Source: Candidatus Latescibacterota bacterium (GTDB lineage Bacteria; Latescibacterota; UBA2968; GCA-2709665). Taken from it: a DNA stretch of 64,000 nt. Position numbers and translations under genes: made by a program. The notes below the pieces were generated by a model, which searched no databases, was not told where the DNA came from, and saw only the letters and a list, made by a program, of their open reading frames with translations. Location of the stretch: contig OZ242180.1 of the NCBI GenBank assembly GCA_965205485.1, positions 4,704,001-4,768,000 of the forward strand, written 5' to 3'. Positions 1 to 18,015 of the stretch are shown here, one piece after another. How positions within the stretch are numbered: the first letter of the stretch is position 1; each line of letters starts with the position of its first letter.

Positions 1-2
1 GC

Positions 3-833
3 CTATCGCTTGCGTTGTCTTCTCAGGATGAGTTTGTTGGACTGTTTCTTGCGTTTTCTCGTCTTGTATCCCTTCGTGGGCACGCCCCAGGGCGTCACCG
101 GATGTCCACCGCCCGAGGCGCGTCCTTCGCCGCCTCCGTGCGGGTGATCGATGGGATTCATGGCAACCCCCCTGACGGAGGGCCGCTTTCCAAGCCACCG
201 GTTACGTCCCGCCTTGCCCAGAACGACGTTTTCGTGTTCCTGATTCCCCACCTGTCCGACGGTGGCATAACACGTCACCGGCACAAGACGGACCTCACCG
301 GAAGGCAGACGGAGTTGCGCGAAATTGCCTTCCTTGGCCATGATCTGAATCTCGGCGCCGGCCGAACGGCCCAGTTGTCCGCCCTTGCCGGGCTGTAACT
401 CGACATTGTGTACGTGGGTTCCCTGCGGGATGTTCTCAAGAGGAAGCGCATTGCCGGGCCGTACGTCGGCGTCGGGACCGGAAACCACCCGGTCGCCAAC
501 CCTCAGACCCGCCGGCGCGAGAATATACCGCTTCTCACCGTCTGCATAGTGGAGCAGCGCGATTCTCGAGGAGCGATTCGGATCGTACTCAATTGAGTAG
601 ACACTGGCCGGAACACCGGGTTTGTTGCGTTTGAAATCAATAACCCGGTAATGCCGGCGATGGCCCCCGCCGCGGCGCCGGCTCGTGATGCGGCCCATGT
701 TGTTTCGACCACCACTCTTCCGGTTCGCCTCGACAAGCGACTTTTCGGGTTCAGACCGGGTAATTTCCTCGAACGAGGACACGGTCTTGAACCGCAGCGA
801 CGGCGTAAACGGTCGGAACGATTTAACCGGCAT
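3..833 (-). CDS. rplB: 50S ribosomal protein L2
   Basis: Motifs [35 protein letters not shown]10 operon order. Confidence 0.99.
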   Translation of the reverse strand: MPVKSFRPFTPSLRFKTVSSFEEITRSEPEKSLVEANRKSGGRNNMGRITSRRRGGGHRRHYRVIDFKRNKPGVPASVYSIEYDPNRSSRIALLHYADGEKRYILAPAGLRVGDRVVSGPDADVRPGNALPLENIPQGTHVHNVELQPGKGGQLGRSAGAEIQIMAKEGNFAQLRLPSGEVRLVPVTCYATVGQVGNQEHENVVLGKAGRNRWLGKRPSVRGVAMNPIDHPHGGGEGRASGGGHPVTPWGVPTKGYKTRKRKKQSNKLILRRQRKR

Positions 834-836
834 CGA

Positions 837-1130
837 TCAGGACTCTCCGAAAAAATCGATGGTGTCGCCGGACGCAAGGGTGACAATCGCCTTTTTCCAG
901 GCTGCACGGCGGCCTTGAAACCGCCCCATTCTCTTCAGCTTTCCAGCGACTGACGATGTATTCACGCTGAGTACCCTTACATCGAACAACGTTTCAGCAG
1001 CCTTCTTGATTTCCAGCTTGTTGGCGTCGACACGAACTTCAAACACGAACTTGTTATGATCTTCCTGAAGTTCGGATGCACGTTCGGTGATCAGCGGCCT
1101 GCGGATGATTTCTCTGATGTCTTTTTTCAT
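837..1130 (-). CDS. rplW: 50S ribosomal protein L23
   Basis: [16 protein letters not shown]...WKKAIVTL; start taken at the ATG overlapping the rplD stop. Confidence 0.97.
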   Translation of the reverse strand: MKKDIREIIRRPLITERASELQEDHNKFVFEVRVDANKLEIKKAAETLFDVRVLSVNTSSVAGKLKRMGRFQGRRAAWKKAIVTLASGDTIDFFGES

Positions 1131-1777
1131 GCCGACCCCCAGATATCCTTCAACCGGCCCAGGGATTCCGTTGTGAAGACGACCGCATCGGCATTGACGA
1201 CGTCGTACGTCGAGACCTGAGCCACCGGCAAGACCTGGACGCCGGACAGGTTCCGGCATGATTTCAGGATATTCGGAGTGGCTTCCGGTGTGAGAAGCAG
1301 GACCTTTCGATCGTCAATTTCCATTGCCCGCGTCAGGTCCGCGACACGTTTCGTTCTGGGTGCGTCGAACGTGAAGTCTTCCACCACTTTGATCGCACCG
1401 TCAGGGACTTTAAGGGAAAGTGCCGATTTCAATGCGAGCCGCCTCACTTTTCTCGGTACGCGTTCGCTCAGCTCCCGCGGCCTGGGGCCGTGTGCGACTC
1501 CGCCTCCGACGCGGATCGGAGAAGAGGCGGTGCCGGCTCTCGCCCGTCCCGTACCCTTTTGGCGATACATCTTGCGTTTGCTGCGCCGGACTTCAGCGCG
1601 GGTCTTGGAATGGGCGTTGCCCTGACGCTGATTCGTCAGATAGGACTTTACGGTATGATAAATGGCATTGTGAGACGGTTCAATTGCGAAGATCGTCTCC
1701 GGGAGGTCGACGGATCCAACGACTTCACCCCGGATGTCTGTAACATCGACTGACGCCATAACTCGTTCTGTTCCCAT
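1127..1777 (-). CDS. rplD: 50S ribosomal protein L4 (start 1777 or 1759)
   Basis: [34 protein letters not shown]. Confidence 0.98.
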   Translation of the reverse strand: MGTERVMASVDVTDIRGEVVGSVDLPETIFAIEPSHNAIYHTVKSYLTNQRQGNAHSKTRAEVRRSKRKMYRQKGTGRARAGTASSPIRVGGGVAHGPRPRELSERVPRKVRRLALKSALSLKVPDGAIKVVEDFTFDAPRTKRVADLTRAMEIDDRKVLLLTPEATPNILKSCRNLSGVQVLPVAQVSTYDVVNADAVVFTTESLGRLKDIWGSA

Positions 1778-2403
1778 TAATTACGTTGTTTCTGCACCTT
1801 TACTATGCCGCCGTTGGGGCCCGGTACGGCGCCCTTGAGCAATAACAGGTTGCGTTCCCTGTCCACGCGGACGACCATCAGCCCTTTCACGGTTTCCCGA
1901 CGGTGACCCATATGGCCTGCCATCCGCATCCCTTTGAACACACGGGACGGATCGGAACTCTGACCGATGGAACCCGGCGCCCGATGCCGGTCGGACTGCC
2001 CATGTGTTTTCGGGCCGCCTTTGAAATGATGCCTCTTGACCCCGCCCTGAAATCCCTTTCCCTTGGTGCGACCGGTTACCGAGACGGTTTCACCCGGTGC
2101 AAATATGCCAGCATCCAGGACCTGGCCCACCTCGTACTCCGAGGTGTCGGCCACCCGAAACTCCTTCAGGATGCGATGCGGGCCGGCGCCGGACTTCTTC
2201 AGAACGCCAAGGTGCGGACGGGTCAGACGCCGTTCCGAGGTGGCGCCGAAGCCGACCTTCAGCGCACGGTATCCGTCCGATCCATCGTCCTTGACCTGTA
2301 CGACCGGGCAGGGCCCCGCCTCCACCACGGTTACGGGGACGAGGTTGTCGTCCTCGTCGTATACCTGGGTCATTCCGATTTTTGTTCCGATCAGTCCCAA
2401 CAC
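1777..2403 (-). CDS. rplC: 50S ribosomal protein L3
   Basis: GTKIGMTQ, KGKGFQGGVKRH, GAVPGPNG. Confidence 0.99.
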   Translation of the reverse strand: MLGLIGTKIGMTQVYDEDDNLVPVTVVEAGPCPVVQVKDDGSDGYRALKVGFGATSERRLTRPHLGVLKKSGAGPHRILKEFRVADTSEYEVGQVLDAGIFAPGETVSVTGRTKGKGFQGGVKRHHFKGGPKTHGQSDRHRAPGSIGQSSDPSRVFKGMRMAGHMGHRRETVKGLMVVRVDRERNLLLLKGAVPGPNGGIVKVQKQRN

Positions 2404-2407
2404 GGCG

Positions 2408-2716
2408 CTACGCCTTGATTTCGATGTCGATCCCCGCCGGCAGATCCAATTTCATCAATGCATCTACCGTTTGCGGCGTCGAGTTGTGAATGTCGATCAA
2501 GCGTTTATGTATCCGGGTCTCGAACTGCTCCCGGGATTTCTTGTCGATATTGGGGCCCCGAAGCACCGTATACAACGAACGCTTGGTGGGCAGCGGGATG
2601 GGGCCGGATATCAGCGCCCCGGTCCGTTTTGCCGTCCGCACGATTTCGTCGACGGAACGATCGAGAGCCATGTGATCGTAAGCCTTCAGTCGAATACGAA
2701 TTTTCTGTGCTGGCAC
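2408..2716 (-). CDS. rpsJ: 30S ribosomal protein S10
   Basis: [24 protein letters not shown]. Confidence 0.99.
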   Translation of the reverse strand: MPAQKIRIRLKAYDHMALDRSVDEIVRTAKRTGALISGPIPLPTKRSLYTVLRGPNIDKKSREQFETRIHKRLIDIHNSTPQTVDALMKLDLPAGIDIEIKA

Positions 2717-2728
2717 TGCCCCTCCGTC

Positions 2729-3925
<1,197 letters not shown>

Positions 3926-4019
3926 CTCGCCTTCCTCCTGTTCAATAGACTTCGCGAAAGCCTATTTGTTTTGCAATCGCAGTCGACCGCTGTGTGAAAA
4001 ACCACGCATCTTCAAGTCG

Positions 4020-4188
4020 CTAGTGTTCTGTCCCGGAAATAAGTTGCCTAAATTCGGCCGCTGAGTCGCTCGTCTCGCAAGGCGCCTGAGCGCAGGCGAC
4101 CTGCGTATGGTCGGCGAGCGACGGGAACGTAGCGAGACGGGATGAATCGACGGACGAATGGTGAGGAATTTTTGGGACAGGACGCTAG
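4020..4188. mobile_element. MITE-like palindromic element, family B (CTAG-flanked)
   Basis: Imperfect terminal inverted repeats CTAGTGTTCTGTCCCGGAAAT / ATTTTTGGGACAGGACGCTAG with nested internal palindromes; the right CTAG contains the fusA stop. Confidence 0.75.
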
Positions 4189-6254
4189 TTCTCCTTGAGT
4201 TCCTGTGCGAGCGCTTTGGGCAGTTCCTGAAACCTCGAAAATTCCATCGAATAGATCGCACGCCCCTGGGTCAGGGACCGCAGCCGCGTGGCATAGCCGA
4301 ACATTTCGGTTAAGGGTACCATTGCCGTGATCACCTGTGCATCCGGCCGGTTTACAATGCCCACGATATGTCCGCGACGGGCGTTCAGATCGCCCATCAC
4401 GTCGCCCATATATTCTTCAGGTACGACCACCTCGACGTCCATCAGGGGTTCCATCAGGTACGGGTCCGCCTTTCTGGCGCCGTCCCTGAAGGCCATGGAT
4501 GCGGCCACTTTGAACGCCAGTTCGGAAGAATCGACATCGTGATACGATCCGTCGTAAAGCGTGACCCTGACGTCCTCCACCGGATATCCGGCCAGAACAC
4601 CCAGTTGCATGGCCTCATGAACACCCTGTCTGACGGCGGGGATGTATTCGGTGGGCACTGAGCCGCCCACAATCTTGTTCTCGAATACGAGGCCGCTGCC
4701 CGGTTCACCCGGACCCATCTCCAGCCAGACATGTCCCCACTGTCCACGGCCACCCGTCTGCCGGACGAAACGACCCTCCACCTGAACGGTCCTGCGGATC
4801 GCCTCCTTGAAGGTCACCTGGGGCTTGCCTACGTTCGCCGCCACCCGGAATTCACGCATCAGGCGGTCGACGATGATCTCGAGATGTAATTCACCCATAC
4901 CGGAAATAATCGTCTGCCCGGTGTCTTCGTCGGCGGATACGTGGAACGTGGGGTCCTCTTCTGACAACTTCCGCAGCGCGGTGCCCAACTGATCCTGGTC
5001 CGCCTTGGTTCTGGGCTCGATGGCAACGGACACCACCGGTTTCGCAAAGTCCATTGATTCCAGTATGACGGGATGGTCGGGGTCGCAGAGCGTCTCACCG
5101 GTTGCCGTGGCTTTCAGCCCCACGGCCGCCGCGATATCTCCGGTGACAACCTCATTGATGTCTTCGCGCTTGTTGGCGTGCATCTGCAGTACCCGGCCAA
5201 TTCGCTCCCGCTTTCCGTTGTTGGAGTTCCTCACGTACGAACCGGTCTTCAGACAACCCGAATAGACCCTGAAATAGGTCAGGTGCCCCACATAAGGATC
5301 GGTCTTTACCTTGAATGCAAGCGCCGAGAAGGGTTCGTCGTGGGATGACGCCCGGGTCACGTCTGCTCCGGTGTCCGGATCGGTGCCCTTGACCGGCGGA
5401 ACTTCCAGTGGCGATGGCAGGTAGTCCCGGACGCCGTCGAGCAATCGCTGGACGCCTTTGTTCTTGAAGGCGGACCCGCAGAAGACCGGCACGGCATGAA
5501 CGTTGATGGCCGCCAGACGAAGCGCCTGCTTGATCTCTTCTTCGGCGATGTGTTCGCCTTCGAGGAATTTCTCCATCAGCGTGTCGTCAAAATCGGAGAC
5601 CGCCTCCAGCATCTGCTCGCGGTAGGTCTGCGCATGGTCGAGCAGATCCTGCGGGATTTCGCTCTCGGAAAAAACCGTACCCAACGTGTCTTCCTGGTAG
5701 GAAACCATTTTCATCTTCACCAGATCGATCAGTCCGGTAAACAACTCGCCCGCGCCCACGGGAATCTGTACCGGCACGAAATTCGACGCCAGGCGTTCCC
5801 GCATCATTTCAAGTACTCTGAAGAAATCCGCGCCAGTACGATCCATCTTGTTGACAAAGGCAATCCGGGGCACCCCGTACTTGTCGGCCTGGCGCCATAC
5901 CGTTTCAGTCTGGGGTTCCACGCCGCCGACCGCGCAGAAAATACCGATAACGCCGTCCAGAACCCTGAGCGACCGCTCAACCTCGGCTGTAAAATCCACG
6001 TGTCCGGGCGTGTCGATGATATTGATCCGATGTCCGTCCCAGAAACAGGTGGTGGCCGCCGACGTGATGGTAATGCCCCGCTCCCGTTCCTGATCCATCC
6101 AGTCCATCGTCGCCGCGCCATCGTGTACTTCGCCCATTCGATGCAGACGTCCCGTATAGTACAGAATCCGCTCGCTCGTTGTGGTTTTACCCGCATCGAT
6201 ATGGGCCATGATGCCGATGTTCCGGATCCGTTCCAGTTGTTCTCTACGTGACAT
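4185..6254 (-). CDS. fusA: Elongation factor G
   Basis: [35 protein letters not shown]. Confidence 0.99.
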   Translation of the reverse strand: MSRREQLERIRNIGIMAHIDAGKTTTSERILYYTGRLHRMGEVHDGAATMDWMDQERERGITITSAATTCFWDGHRINIIDTPGHVDFTAEVERSLRVLDGVIGIFCAVGGVEPQTETVWRQADKYGVPRIAFVNKMDRTGADFFRVLEMMRERLASNFVPVQIPVGAGELFTGLIDLVKMKMVSYQEDTLGTVFSESEIPQDLLDHAQTYREQMLEAVSDFDDTLMEKFLEGEHIAEEEIKQALRLAAINVHAVPVFCGSAFKNKGVQRLLDGVRDYLPSPLEVPPVKGTDPDTGADVTRASSHDEPFSALAFKVKTDPYVGHLTYFRVYSGCLKTGSYVRNSNNGKRERIGRVLQMHANKREDINEVVTGDIAAAVGLKATATGETLCDPDHPVILESMDFAKPVVSVAIEPRTKADQDQLGTALRKLSEEDPTFHVSADEDTGQTIISGMGELHLEIIVDRLMREFRVAANVGKPQVTFKEAIRRTVQVEGRFVRQTGGRGQWGHVWLEMGPGEPGSGLVFENKIVGGSVPTEYIPAVRQGVHEAMQLGVLAGYPVEDVRVTLYDGSYHDVDSSELAFKVAASMAFRDGARKADPYLMEPLMDVEVVVPEEYMGDVMGDLNARRGHIVGIVNRPDAQVITAMVPLTEMFGYATRLRSLTQGRAIYSMEFSRFQELPKALAQELKEN

Positions 6255-6257
6255 TTA

Positions 6258-6725
6258 TTACCACCGATAGTGTGCGAACGCCCGGTTGGCCTCGGCCATC
6301 CGGTGTGTCTCCTCTCTCCGCTGCATTGCCCGACCGCGGCCGTTGGCCGCATCCATCAATTCCCCCGCCAGCCTCTGGGACATGGTCTTCTCCCCGCGGC
6401 CGCGAGCGAATGTAATCAACCAGCCGATCGAAAGTGAAAGCCGCTCATCCGACCGCACTTCGACCGGTACCTGGTACGTCGTTCCACCCACACGACGTGA
6501 TTTCACCTGAATGATCGGTTTGGCGTTTTCGACCGCCTGCTCGAATACCTCCAACCCGGTCTTGTCCGTGCGTTCGGCAATCTGGTCGAGCGCGCGGTAA
6601 AGGATCTTCTCACCAATGCTCTTCTTGCCCTTCCGAAAAAGGCTGTTGACAAATTGCGTCACGAGAACACTGCCGTACTTGGGATCGGGTGAAAATTCTC
6701 TCTTCTCGGCCCGCCTTTTTCTCAT
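6258..6725 (-). CDS. rpsG: 30S ribosomal protein S7
   Basis: MRKRRAEKR..., [25 protein letters not shown]. Confidence 0.99.
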   Translation of the reverse strand: MRKRRAEKREFSPDPKYGSVLVTQFVNSLFRKGKKSIGEKILYRALDQIAERTDKTGLEVFEQAVENAKPIIQVKSRRVGGTTYQVPVEVRSDERLSLSIGWLITFARGRGEKTMSQRLAGELMDAANGRGRAMQRREETHRMAEANRAFAHYRW

Positions 6726-6814
6726 GATACCCTCAAAACAAGGGGGACACACCGTCTTGAACCTGCGCCAGCGTTATCCCCCATTTCAAAATCCCAGCAT
6801 ATCGTTCGAAAGTC

Positions 6815-7186
6815 CTATTGAGGCGTTTTGGCGCCGTATTTGGACCGACCCTGTTTCCGGTCGGCGACGCCGGTCGTGTCCAGGACGCCGCGGATAATGT
6901 GATACCGGACCGAAGGCAGGTCCCGTACCCGACCACCCCGGATCAGCACGACGGAGTGTTCCTGGAGATTGTGTCCTTCGCCCGGGATGTATGCTGTGAC
7001 TTCCATCCCGTTTGTAAGCCGGACGCGTGCAACCTTCCGCAGGGCGGAGTTGGGCTTCTTTGGGGTGGTGGTATATACGCGCGTGCAGACACCCCGCTTC
7101 TGAGGGCATCCTCGCAATGCCGGGGCAGACGACCGCTTTGCCTTCAGCTTCCTCCCCTTGCGCACCAGCTGATTGATGGTGGGCAA
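6815..7186 (-). CDS. rpsL: 30S ribosomal protein S12
   Basis: [22 protein letters not shown]. Confidence 0.99.
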   Translation of the reverse strand: MPTINQLVRKGRKLKAKRSSAPALRGCPQKRGVCTRVYTTTPKKPNSALRKVARVRLTNGMEVTAYIPGEGHNLQEHSVVLIRGGRVRDLPSVRYHIIRGVLDTTGVADRKQGRSKYGAKTPQ

Positions 7187-7281
7187 TTCAACCTCCAGTA
7201 TGATTTACACCAGGTGCGACGCGGCCGAATCCTCTCGGAGACGGATCCAGAAGGTTCCGGAAAAATCGGCCACAGACTTTC

Positions 7282-7310
7282 ATTATACCATTTCCTAGCC
7301 TGCTTGTCAA
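7282..7310 (-). promoter_or_regulatory. Sigma70 promoter of the str operon
   Basis: Exact TTGACA-N17-TATAAT on the minus strand upstream of rpsL; the -35 overlaps the rpoC stop codon. Confidence 0.85.
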
Positions 7311-10300
7311 GCATTTATCGGTGGAAGTCCGACGTTTTCGAGGCCCTCTTCCGGTACGTCCTCGGCCTCCTTTTCGAGCGACACCGCCTGGACTTCGCGA
7401 TACCGCTCCGAACCGGTTCCCGCGGGAATCAGGTGGCCGATGATCACGTTTTCCTTCAGTCCCAGCAGGCCGTCCATCTTGCCCTGAACCGAGGCCTCCG
7501 TCAACACGCGCGTGGTCTCCTGGAACGACGCGGCGGAGATAAAGCTGTCTGTCATCAGGGAAGCCCTTGTTATACCCAGCAACACCGGCTGGAACGTGGC
7601 CGGATCACCGCCTTCCGCGATCACCTTGTCGTTCTCGTCCCGGAAGCGGAAGCGATCCACCGTTTCTCCTTCCAGGAAATTCGTGTCGCCCGGGTCCGTA
7701 ACCTGGACCTTTTGCAGCATCTGGCGCACAATGCACTCGATGTGCTTGTCGTTGATCCGGACGCCCTGCATCCGGTAGACGGCCTGGATTTCGTTCACCA
7801 GGTACTCCTGAACCGCCTGGATACCCTGAATCTGGAGAATATCGTGTGGATTCACCGATCCCTCCGACAGCTGTTCACCGGCCTGCACCCGATCGTTCTC
7901 CTGGACGCGGAGGTGTTTTCCATAGGGAATCGTGTATTTACGCTCCTCGCCATCGTCGGACGTGACGATTACCGTCCTGGAACCCCGTACGAGTCCGCCG
8001 AAACTGACGGTACCGTCGATTTCGGTGACCACGGCCGGATCCTTCGGGCGCCTTGCCTCGAAGAGTTCGGCGACGCGGGGCAATCCGCCGGTGATATCCC
8101 GTGTCTTGCTGCGTTCGCGCGGGATCTTCGCCAGGGTATCTCCGGCGCCGATCCGGTCCTCGTCGTGTACCACGAGACGAGCGCCGACAGGGATGATGTA
8201 ATGACCGACTTCAACTGGAGCATTCGAATCGGACTCGTCAAGAATTCGAATCCGCGGCGACAGGGTGCGATCCCGGTGTTCGGTGACCACCTGCGCCGCC
8301 AGACCCGTTGTCTCGTCGGCCTCTTCGCGGTACGTCACGCCTTCGACGAGATCGACGAATTCGACGGTACCCGGCCGGTTGGAGACGATGATGTTGTTAT
8401 AGGGATCCCATTCGTAAAGGACCTGGTTTTCGTCGACCTGCTGCTCGTTCTCGACCTGCAGCACGGCCCCGTAGGGAACGTAATAGTGACCGCCGCGCGG
8501 ACGACCCTGGTCGTCCTGAACCTCGAACTCGCCGTTCCTGCCCACCGCGATTCGCTGTCCGTCGCTCCGGGTGACGGAATCCATGTTGACAAACTTCACG
8601 ACGCCGGCCCGTTTGGCGACGATTTCAGCCTGTTCCGCGATCCGGCTGGACGTGCCGCCGATATGGAAGGTCCGCAACGTGAGCTGGGTGCCCGGCTCAC
8701 CGACACTCTGGGCGGCGATCACGCCGACGGCCTCACCGATGTCGACGAGTCGTCCGGTGGCGAGGTTGCGGCCATAGCACTTGGCGCAGATGCCCCGCCG
8801 GGCTTCGCAGGTCAACACCGAGCGTACGTTTACCCGTTCCACGCCGGCGTCGGCGATCCTGGCAGCGGATGCCTCGTCCAGAAGCATTCCGCTCTCCACG
8901 ATGATTTCGCCGCCGATGGGATCGAATACATCTTCCAGAAGCGTTCGGCCCACGATGCGGTCCGCCAGGGGCTCGACCACCTCCTCACCCTCTTTGAGCG
9001 CTTCGAGTTCGATGCCCATAATGGTGCCGCAGTCCACTTCGCCTATCACACCGTCCTGCGCCACATCCACCATTCGACGCGTCAGGTAGCCCGCTTCGGC
9101 GGTCTTCAGCGCCGTATCGGCCAACCCCTTCCTTGCGCCGTGCGTCGAAATGAAGTACTCGAGCACCGAGAGCCCCTCCTTAAAGGAGGCAACGATAGGC
9201 GTTTCGATAATCTCACCGATCGCTCCGGTGAGTTTCTTCTGCGGCTTGTTCATCAACCCCCGCATACCGCCCAGCTGTTTCACCTGATCGTCGCTTCCGC
9301 GGGCGCCGGAGTCCTTCATGATGTAGATCGAGTTGAATCCGGCCTCCGAATGCTCCAGGGCCTCGTTCATCATTTCGGCGATATTATTCGTGGTGTGCTG
9401 CCAGACGTCGATGACCTTGTTGTACCGCTCGCCCTCGGTGATGACGCCGTGGACGTACTGTTGCAGAATTCGATCGACCTCGCCCTTGGCCCTGTCGATG
9501 AGTTCCTGCTTTTTCGGCGGTACCACCACGTCGTCCATCGAAACCGTCACCCCGGACTGGGTGGCGTAGTCGTAGCCCAATCGCTTCAGACCGTCGGCGA
9601 ATTCGACGGTTGCCCGATTCCCGAACCGACGGTGGACGTCGGTGGTTACTTTCTGAATCACGGGTTTGTCCACCATCTGGTTGATGTAGGGCATTCCATC
9701 CGGCAGGATTTCGTTGAAGATGACCTGTCCCACGGTGGTTGTCAGCAACTTCCCGTCAACCCGCAGGCGAATGGCTTCGTGGAGGTCGATCTTGCCGTAG
9801 TCGTGCGCGATCAGCGCTTCGTTGGGGCTTCCGAACGCCTTGAGGTGATTCCTGTCGGGCTGCTGGACCATTTTGGTCAGATAATAACAACCCATGGCGA
9901 TGTCCTGCGGATTATGCACGATCACGGCGGATCCGTCTGCCGGCTTGAGCATGTTGTTTGCGGACATGATCAGTACGCGGGCTTCGATTTGCGCCTCGAA
10001 CGACAGCGGCACGTGGACGGCCATCTGGTCGCCGTCGAAGTCGGCATTGAACGCGGCGCAAACCAGCGGATGTATGCGAATCGCCTTCCCTTCCACAAGC
10101 ACGGGCTGGAACGCCTGGATGCCCAGCCTGTGTAGCGTTGGCGCGCGGTTCAGCAGGACGTAATGATCCTGGATGATGTCCTCCAGAATATCCCAGACCT
10201 CGACCCGTTCGCGCTCCACGAGCTTTTTCGCGCTCTTGACGGTCTGGACCAATCCCCGCTCTTCCAGCTTCTTGATGATGAATGGCTTGAACAGTTCAAG

Positions 10301-11407
10301 CGCCATGTGCTTCGGAAGCCCGCACTGATGCAGCTTGAGGTTGGGGTCGACGACGATGACCGACCGACCGGAATAGTCGACGCGCTTGCCGAGCAGATTC
10401 TGGCGGAATCGGCCCTGCTTTCCTTTCAGCAGGTCCGACAGTGACTTCAACGAGCGGTTGCCGTCGCCGCGTACCGCTCGAGATCTGCGGCCGTTGTCGA
10501 ACAGGGCGTCGACAGCTTCCTGAAGCATGCGCTTCTCGTTGCGCAGGATCACCTCCGGCGCCTTGATTTCGATCAGTTTTTTCAGCCTGTTGTTCCGGTT
10601 GATGACCCGCCGGTACAGATCGTTCAAATCCGACGTGGCGAACCTTCCGCCTTCCAGCGGCACCAGCGGGCGAAGGTCCGGGGGGATTACGGGAATAACG
10701 TCAAGTATCATCCACGACGGATGGTTGTCGGACTGACGAAATGCCTCGACCACCTTGAGCCGTTTCAATGCCTCCTGTTTGCGTTGAACGGAGGTTTCCA
10801 TCCGCGCCTGGGTGCGCAACTCCGCGGACAGCTCCTCGATGTCTATTTCGCCAAGCAGCTTTTTGAGCGCAACGGCGCCCATATCCGCCTCGAAGCTGTA
10901 CCCTTTGTCCGCGAGTTCAAATGCTTCATCTTCCGAGAGAAGATCCTTGTACTTGAGGTCCGGCGCGTCGCCGGGATCCAGCACGACGTAAGACTCGTAG
11001 TAAATGATCCTTTCCAGATTGCGAATGGTAATATCCAGCAGATACCCCATGCGTGACGGAAGCGACTTGAAGAACCAGATATGCGAGACCGGCACCGCCA
11101 GTTCGATATGGCCAAGCCGCTCGCGCCGCACTTTCGATTGGGTCACTTCAACGCCGCACCGGTCGCAGACCACGCCGCGGTAGCGAATCCTCTTGTACTT
11201 GCCGCAGCTGCATTCCCAATCTTTGACCGGACCGAAGATGCGTTCGCAGAACAGACCGTCGCGCTCCGGCTTGAACGACCGGTAATTGATGGTTTCCGGC
11301 TTCGTCACCTCGCCGCGCGACCAGCCGCGGATCGTCTCGGGTGAAGCCAGTTGAATACGAATCGAGTTGAACTCTGTGGGCCGCTTGGAAGTGTTGATGT
11401 CCGCCAC
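7307..11407 (-). CDS. rpoC: RNA polymerase subunit beta'
   Basis: NADFDGD catalytic motif, [20 protein letters not shown]. Confidence 0.99.
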   Translation of the reverse strand: MADINTSKRPTEFNSIRIQLASPETIRGWSRGEVTKPETINYRSFKPERDGLFCERIFGPVKDWECSCGKYKRIRYRGVVCDRCGVEVTQSKVRRERLGHIELAVPVSHIWFFKSLPSRMGYLLDITIRNLERIIYYESYVVLDPGDAPDLKYKDLLSEDEAFELADKGYSFEADMGAVALKKLLGEIDIEELSAELRTQARMETSVQRKQEALKRLKVVEAFRQSDNHPSWMILDVIPVIPPDLRPLVPLEGGRFATSDLNDLYRRVINRNNRLKKLIEIKAPEVILRNEKRMLQEAVDALFDNGRRSRAVRGDGNRSLKSLSDLLKGKQGRFRQNLLGKRVDYSGRSVIVVDPNLKLHQCGLPKHMALELFKPFIIKKLEERGLVQTVKSAKKLVERERVEVWDILEDIIQDHYVLLNRAPTLHRLGIQAFQPVLVEGKAIRIHPLVCAAFNADFDGDQMAVHVPLSFEAQIEARVLIMSANNMLKPADGSAVIVHNPQDIAMGCYYLTKMVQQPDRNHLKAFGSPNEALIAHDYGKIDLHEAIRLRVDGKLLTTTVGQVIFNEILPDGMPYINQMVDKPVIQKVTTDVHRRFGNRATVEFADGLKRLGYDYATQSGVTVSMDDVVVPPKKQELIDRAKGEVDRILQQYVHGVITEGERYNKVIDVWQHTTNNIAEMMNEALEHSEAGFNSIYIMKDSGARGSDDQVKQLGGMRGLMNKPQKKLTGAIGEIIETPIVASFKEGLSVLEYFISTHGARKGLADTALKTAEAGYLTRRMVDVAQDGVIGEVDCGTIMGIELEALKEGEEVVEPLADRIVGRTLLEDVFDPIGGEIIVESGMLLDEASAARIADAGVERVNVRSVLTCEARRGICAKCYGRNLATGRLVDIGEAVGVIAAQSVGEPGTQLTLRTFHIGGTSSRIAEQAEIVAKRAGVVKFVNMDSVTRSDGQRIAVGRNGEFEVQDDQGRPRGGHYYVPYGAVLQVENEQQVDENQVLYEWDPYNNIIVSNRPGTVEFVDLVEGVTYREEADETTGLAAQVVTEHRDRTLSPRIRILDESDSNAPVEVGHYIIPVGARLVVHDEDRIGAGDTLAKIPRERSKTRDITGGLPRVAELFEARRPKDPAVVTEIDGTVSFGGLVRGSRTVIVTSDDGEERKYTIPYGKHLRVQENDRVQAGEQLSEGSVNPHDILQIQGIQAVQEYLVNEIQAVYRMQGVRINDKHIECIVRQMLQKVQVTDPGDTNFLEGETVDRFRFRDENDKVIAEGGDPATFQPVLLGITRASLMTDSFISAASFQETTRVLTEASVQGKMDGLLGLKENVIIGHLIPAGTGSERYREVQAVSLEKEAEDVPEEGLENVGLPPINA

Positions 11408-11466
11408 GGGCCTTACCCCCTTTTTGCGATCGAAATCAGAAGAAAAGATGACCCCGCTGTTGGTAC

Positions 11467-15243
<3,777 letters not shown>

Positions 15244-15297
15244 ACTCCTCTGGTGAAATCGACCAATGATTGAAGGCAGGAATGCAGTTCGGCCCGG

Positions 15298-15678
15298 CTA
15301 TTTTATCTCTACAACGGCTCCTACCTCCTCCAGTTCGGCTTTGATCTGGTCGGCCTCCTCCCTGGAAACCCCCTCCTTCACGCTGCGAGGCGCACCATCG
15401 ACGAGTTCCTTGGCTTCTTTCAAGCCGAGGCTCGTGACGCTGCGTACCACCTTGATTACCTGAATCTTCTTGTCGCCGATGGCGTTCAACACCACGTCGA
15501 ATTCCGTCTGTTCTTCTTCTTCAGTCTCTCCGTCCGCGCCGGCGGCTGCGCCGGCTGCGGGCGCGGCGACCATCGCCTGGGCGCTCACTCCGAATTTTTC
15601 TTCGAGCGCCTTGACAAGTTCGGCCAGTTCCAGTACGGAAAGCTTCTCGATCTCATCTATAATGTCTGCGATTGCCAT
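15298..15678 (-). CDS. rplL: 50S ribosomal protein L7/L12
   Basis: [33 protein letters not shown]; start at MAIADI after GGAGGA. Confidence 0.98.
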   Translation of the reverse strand: MAIADIIDEIEKLSVLELAELVKALEEKFGVSAQAMVAAPAAGAAAGADGETEEEEQTEFDVVLNAIGDKKIQVIKVVRSVTSLGLKEAKELVDGAPRSVKEGVSREEADQIKAELEEVGAVVEIK

Positions 15679-15730
15679 GGACGTCCTCCATACGTCTTTT
15701 CCTGATGATGGAAACGGATTTAAGAAATGT

Positions 15731-16267
15731 CTAGTTTTCCTCCCCGGCTTCACCTTTCTTCCCGGCGATTTCGTTCAGAACCAGAACCAGGCTCTGAATC
15801 AGGCCGCCCAGGCAGAACACCAGTCCGGTCACCGGGCTTTGAACCGACGAAACCAACTGTCCCAGCAACACTTCCCTCGATGGAAGCTGGGCAAGCGTTT
15901 CCAGTTGATCCTCCCGAAAGACCCGTCCGTCCGCAAATCCGCCCTTGACCCTTGGCAGACCGTTGGTCTCAGATGCGAATTCGTGAAGCAGCCTTACCGC
16001 CGCTACCGGATCGGTTTCGGAACTTGCCAGGCCGGTCGGTCCCTGCAAAACCTCTTCCAGTCCCTGAATCCCGGCGTTTTTTACGGCTATCAGGGCCAGA
16101 CGATTCTTGACGACCCGATAGATGATGTCCTCGTCGCGCAGTCGTTTTCGAAGCCGGGTGACTTCGGGGACATCCAGCCCGGTGAAATCGGCCAGATAAA
16201 ACCCCTGAGACCGGCTCATCAGACGAGTCAATTCCTCGACAGCGCTGACTTTTTCATCCGTTGGCAT
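15731..16267 (-). CDS. rplJ: 50S ribosomal protein L10
   Basis: [23 protein letters not shown]. Confidence 0.97.
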   Translation of the reverse strand: MPTDEKVSAVEELTRLMSRSQGFYLADFTGLDVPEVTRLRKRLRDEDIIYRVVKNRLALIAVKNAGIQGLEEVLQGPTGLASSETDPVAAVRLLHEFASETNGLPRVKGGFADGRVFREDQLETLAQLPSREVLLGQLVSSVQSPVTGLVFCLGGLIQSLVLVLNEIAGKKGEAGEEN

Positions 16268-16299
16268 CCTGTTCCCTTCCGTTGCGCGGACTGCCGCAG

Positions 16300-16998
16300 T
16301 CAGTTTGTCACGCTGGACCGATCGATCCGTACGCCGGGCCCCATGGTGGTTGCGAGGGTCACGGACCGGACGTACTGTCCCTTGGCGGATGAAGGACGCG
16401 CGCGAAGAATCGTATCGAAAAGCGTTCGGGCATTCTCGACCAGCCGGTCTTCATCGAATGACATCCTGCCCACGGGCGCGTGAACATTACCGTTCCGATC
16501 CGCCCGATACTCCACGCGGCCCGCCTTGGCCTCCGCTACCGCCCGCGTCACGTCCGGCGTAACCGTGCCGCTCTTGGGGTTGGGCATCAACCCTCTCGGG
16601 CCCAGAATCCTTCCAAGGCGTCCGACAACGCTCATCATGTCCGGCGCCGCGATGGCCACGTCGAAGTCCGTCCAGCCGCCGTTGATGCGTTCGGCCAGGT
16701 CGTCGGCTCCCACAACATCCGCTCCCGCCGCTTCGGCTGCCGCCGCCTGTTCGCCCTTGGCGAACACGACCACGCGAATCGTCTTGCCCAGCCCGTGCGG
16801 CAGCATCACCGTACCTCGGATCTGCTGATCGGCCTGACGCGGGTCCACGCCCAGCCGCATCGCCATTTCTACCGTTTGGTCGAATTTCGGCGCCGGCATT
16901 TCCTTCAGCCGGGAAACCGCATCTTCGATTGAATATTGCGCGCGTCGATCGATCCCTGAAAGCGCCGTTCTGTATCGTTTTCCGTTGCGCCCGGCCAT
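16300..16998 (-). CDS. rplA: 50S ribosomal protein L1
   Basis: [25 protein letters not shown]. Confidence 0.99.
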   Translation of the reverse strand: MAGRNGKRYRTALSGIDRRAQYSIEDAVSRLKEMPAPKFDQTVEMAMRLGVDPRQADQQIRGTVMLPHGLGKTIRVVVFAKGEQAAAAEAAGADVVGADDLAERINGGWTDFDVAIAAPDMMSVVGRLGRILGPRGLMPNPKSGTVTPDVTRAVAEAKAGRVEYRADRNGNVHAPVGRMSFDEDRLVENARTLFDTILRARPSSAKGQYVRSVTLATTMGPGVRIDRSSVTN

Positions 16999-17011
16999 AT
17001 TGATGTACCTC

Positions 17012-17437
17012 CTAATCTTCGACCGTTATACCAGCGCTTCGCGCCGTTCCCTCGATCATCCGTACGGCGGTTTCCAGACTGCCCGCATTCAGGTCTTCCA
17101 TCTTCATTTCGGCAATTTCCCGAACCTGGTCCCGCCTGACGCTGCCGACCTTGGTTCGATTGGATTCGGGCGATCCCTTCTCCAGGCCCGCAGCCCGTTT
17201 CAACAACACCGCGGCGGGGGGGCTCTTCGTGATGAAGGAGAAACTGCGGTCCGCAAACACGGTGATGACCGCGGGAACGATCAATCCCTGCTTGTCCTGG
17301 GTCTGAGCGTTAAACGCCTGGCAGAACTCCATGATGTTGACCCCGTGCTGGCCGAGCGCCGGCCCGACCGGGGGCGTGGGAGACGCCTGTCCCGCCGGAA
17401 TCTGAAGTTTAATTGTCGTCATTATCTTCTTTGCCAT
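17012..17437 (-). CDS. rplK: 50S ribosomal protein L11
   Basis: MAKKI..., [18 protein letters not shown]. Confidence 0.99.
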   Translation of the reverse strand: MAKKIMTTIKLQIPAGQASPTPPVGPALGQHGVNIMEFCQAFNAQTQDKQGLIVPAVITVFADRSFSFITKSPPAAVLLKRAAGLEKGSPESNRTKVGSVRRDQVREIAEMKMEDLNAGSLETAVRMIEGTARSAGITVED

Positions 17438-17441
17438 CGCG

Positions 17442-17981
17442 CTACCCTTCCACGGCCTCTTCAACCTGAAGGACATCCAGTTCCACAGGCGTATTTCTGC
17501 CGAAGATGCTCACCATCACCTTGATTTTTCTCTTCTCCGGGTTCACGACGTCGACCATGCCGATAAACTCGCTGAAGGGTCCGTCTATAACCTTGACCCG
17601 ATCGCCGACCTGGTAGGGAATTTCCTGATCGTCCTGCTCCTGACGCCGGTCCACGTGTCCCAGCACGTGTTCCACTTCTTTTTCGTGAAGCGGCTGGGGA
17701 CGCTTGCCCGGTCCGACAAAGCTCGTTACGCCCGGCACATTGGTTACGAAGTGCATGGTCTCCTTGTCCATTTCCATTTCGACCAGAATGTAGCTGGGCA
17801 GGAACTTCCTGAAGGAGGTCGTCTTCCTCCCGTCTTTCATCTCCACGACCTCTTCGGTGGGAACCACGACCCGGTTGATCCTTTCCGCAACCTCGGTGCC
17901 TTCCTTGGCGCTTTCGAGATAGGAACGCACCTTGTTTTCGTGTCCCGAATAGGTATGCACGACGTACCAGCGCATTGCCAT
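17442..17981 (-). CDS. nusG: Transcription termination/antitermination factor NusG
   Basis: [14 protein letters not shown] motif [23 protein letters not shown]. Confidence 0.98.
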   Translation of the reverse strand: MAMRWYVVHTYSGHENKVRSYLESAKEGTEVAERINRVVVPTEEVVEMKDGRKTTSFRKFLPSYILVEMEMDKETMHFVTNVPGVTSFVGPGKRPQPLHEKEVEHVLGHVDRRQEQDDQEIPYQVGDRVKVIDGPFSEFIGMVDVVNPEKRKIKVMVSIFGRNTPVELDVLQVEEAVEG

Positions 17982-18015
17982 GGGGCATCACTCACTGTTG
18001 GTTAACCTGCGGCCG

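Noticed and set aside
6818..10135. 1105-aa plus-strand ORF
   Set aside because: Antisense shadow of rpoC/rpsL, expected with high-GC codon bias; no recognisable motifs
16268..16299. L10 leader RNA
   Set aside because: The rplA-rplJ spacer is only 32 nt, too short for the element
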